From Rhizophagus irregularis (lineage: Eukaryota), in contig NC_089431.1 of NCBI RefSeq assembly GCF_026210795.1, positions 1,798,001 to 1,862,000 on the forward strand: DNA of 64,000 nt, given 5' to 3'. Positions 62,199 through 64,000 of this stretch are shown here, in pieces; within the stretch, counting starts at the first letter, position 1; the number at the start of each line of letters is the position of its first letter. The notes under the pieces are model-generated. The model was not told where the DNA came from, made no database searches, and was given only the letters and a program-made list of their open reading frames with translations. The position numbers and the translations under genes are program-made.

Positions 62199-64000
62199 CA
62201 AAAAAAGGTATTGGGATGTAATTTTTATATAATTATATTGAGATCGCAAGATTAAGTTACATATCGTGAATAATTTTTTCCGCATGAATAATACATAAAT
62301 GACTATGTAATAAAATCTAGATAACGGACTTGAAAATCTCTAATGTAAATCTATTCTCTCAATATTTGTCAATGTCATTTATTACATATTTTTAATAAAA
62401 TGGCGGAAATAAATATTTTTTCAAGAAATTTTCAAAATTTCACCCTGCAACAAATTTACATTCCGGAAGTAATTAGTATTGTTACACAACCAAAGCCACC
62501 CATTATTTTAACCGATTACCAATCATTATTAGCGTAAAACGCGTAATAATCTTTACATCTTTACATTAATAGCAAGTGATTTTCCCCATGATTAGAATTT
62601 TCTTAAACTCTTTTTCCCGCTAAACCTTTTTCACTAGAAAATCAATAAACCTTTTTTCCCTTATTAAAAGAATTTTTTTTTTTGTTTTCTATTAACACTT
62701 ATAACAACTTTTTAAACTCTATTTAAATATAGTATTATTCAAAGTCCGAAATGTTAAAATTTGTTTATTAGCAAAAGCTTTGGAAAGTTTTTCTCTGAGG
62801 TGAATAGTTTATTATAAGTGTGGTGCGTCCGTGACGATAATATGAGCAGTTATTTAATGTATTTCCATTTTTTTTTCAGTAATAGCGAATTTAAAAATTA
62901 CTTATTTAGAACCTCATCTAAATATAACTATTTATAATGAGCTTTTATTATCTTGGTAAGTGGAACTGATTAGTGTGCTATTTATCCTCCTCTTCAAATA
63001 GTCTGGTTAACTTAATGAGAACAAAAAACAAATTACAAATATCTCAAGCTATGTCGCAGACTTCTGTACGTGGGGCCCTTCCCTTTGGTGGTGGGTTTCA
63101 TGTCTTATTATCACATTACCTCTGCACGTTGTAGTGGGCATGGAAGCTTGAATTTGTTACTTAGACTCTTAGAGTACCGAGTCTTCTAACTATTTTATTG
63201 TATATTTTTATATTTTTAGATTCTATTCTTATCTGGTAATCAATTTTTATTTCTGATAAAACAACTTTATTGATTATAAAAGATAAAATAATAAGGTAAA
63301 GTTATTTATTTATGTTCAAAAAGAATTTATATATTCCATTTAAAGAAATTTAAGACATTTAAATAATAAATTTAAATTTGACGTATCACGCCTTTAAATT
63401 TATTGTATGATATCAATACCATATCCATTTTTTCTACTGTGTAATTAGCCGTCAATTGAAATCATCAATTATTTTATAACTCCAGCTCACCACTACGCTA
63501 AAAGCCAATTATACTACAATTTACCAATGATACGCTACCGAATTATCCAAGACTTTAACCTTAATTGGTGACGGGTTGTTGTACTAAAATACTGATTTGT
63601 TTTATACTGGTCTTGAAAAGATCAATTTTATCATTTGGTTCAAAGGCTTACCCTCAAGATCTTTTTCTATTCAATTTGGCCGTAAGATCTGCTTTCAAGT
63701 TTATTGTAATTATATTTATTATAATCTGTTGTTGGTTTTATGATAAAATATAGCAAATAATATATAAGATACTTCTCAAAATTTCATCAGCAGTAAATAA
63801 TTGCACAAAGAATTACGAGTATGTAAAAGTGCACGTATTTATAAAGATTGGTCGTACGATTGATCGTATTTTGGGAAAATCAAATACGAAATGTTGCCGC
63901 TCTAGTTATTATTTACATCTATGTATAATATCGATTTCTCTCTCCAAAAAATTTCGGAAAGTATCAACTTTGATATCCCACAGACCACGATGCGTTGGAA

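Overview
AT-rich eukaryotic DNA with short GT-AG introns. The gene families (Sel1-repeat/tyrosine-kinase-like kinases, lineage-type F-box proteins, BACK/TLDc remnants) suggest an arbuscular mycorrhizal fungus (Glomeromycotina, Rhizophagus-like); this taxon call is inference. The centrepiece is a 13.9-kb CACTA/EnSpm-type DNA transposon (20167-34083, perfect 14-bp TIR, ATG target duplication). It carries an intact 8-exon transposase (998 aa after manual splicing) and three spliced passenger genes: an uncharacterised helical protein, a Myb/trihelix-like polyQ protein, and a protein with nucleoporin-like PSFG repeats, polyQ and two CCHC zinc knuckles. About 11 non-autonomous elements with similar CCCT(A/G)TAAAA termini, most with 3-bp TSDs, are scattered through the window. 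A large Sel1-repeat kinase gene (11413->1320) is split by a 3.6-kb TIR element that contains a micro-exon array, and a paralogous kinase (58480->54879) has three -1 frameshifts. Other content: an F-box-like gene, a multi-pass membrane protein, an E2(UBC)/F-box-like/RGG fusion, a Sel1 protein, several pseudogene remnants, hAT and Tc1/pogo derivatives, and an unexplained ~400-bp tandem repeat. All splice models were built by eye and need RNA-seq confirmation.
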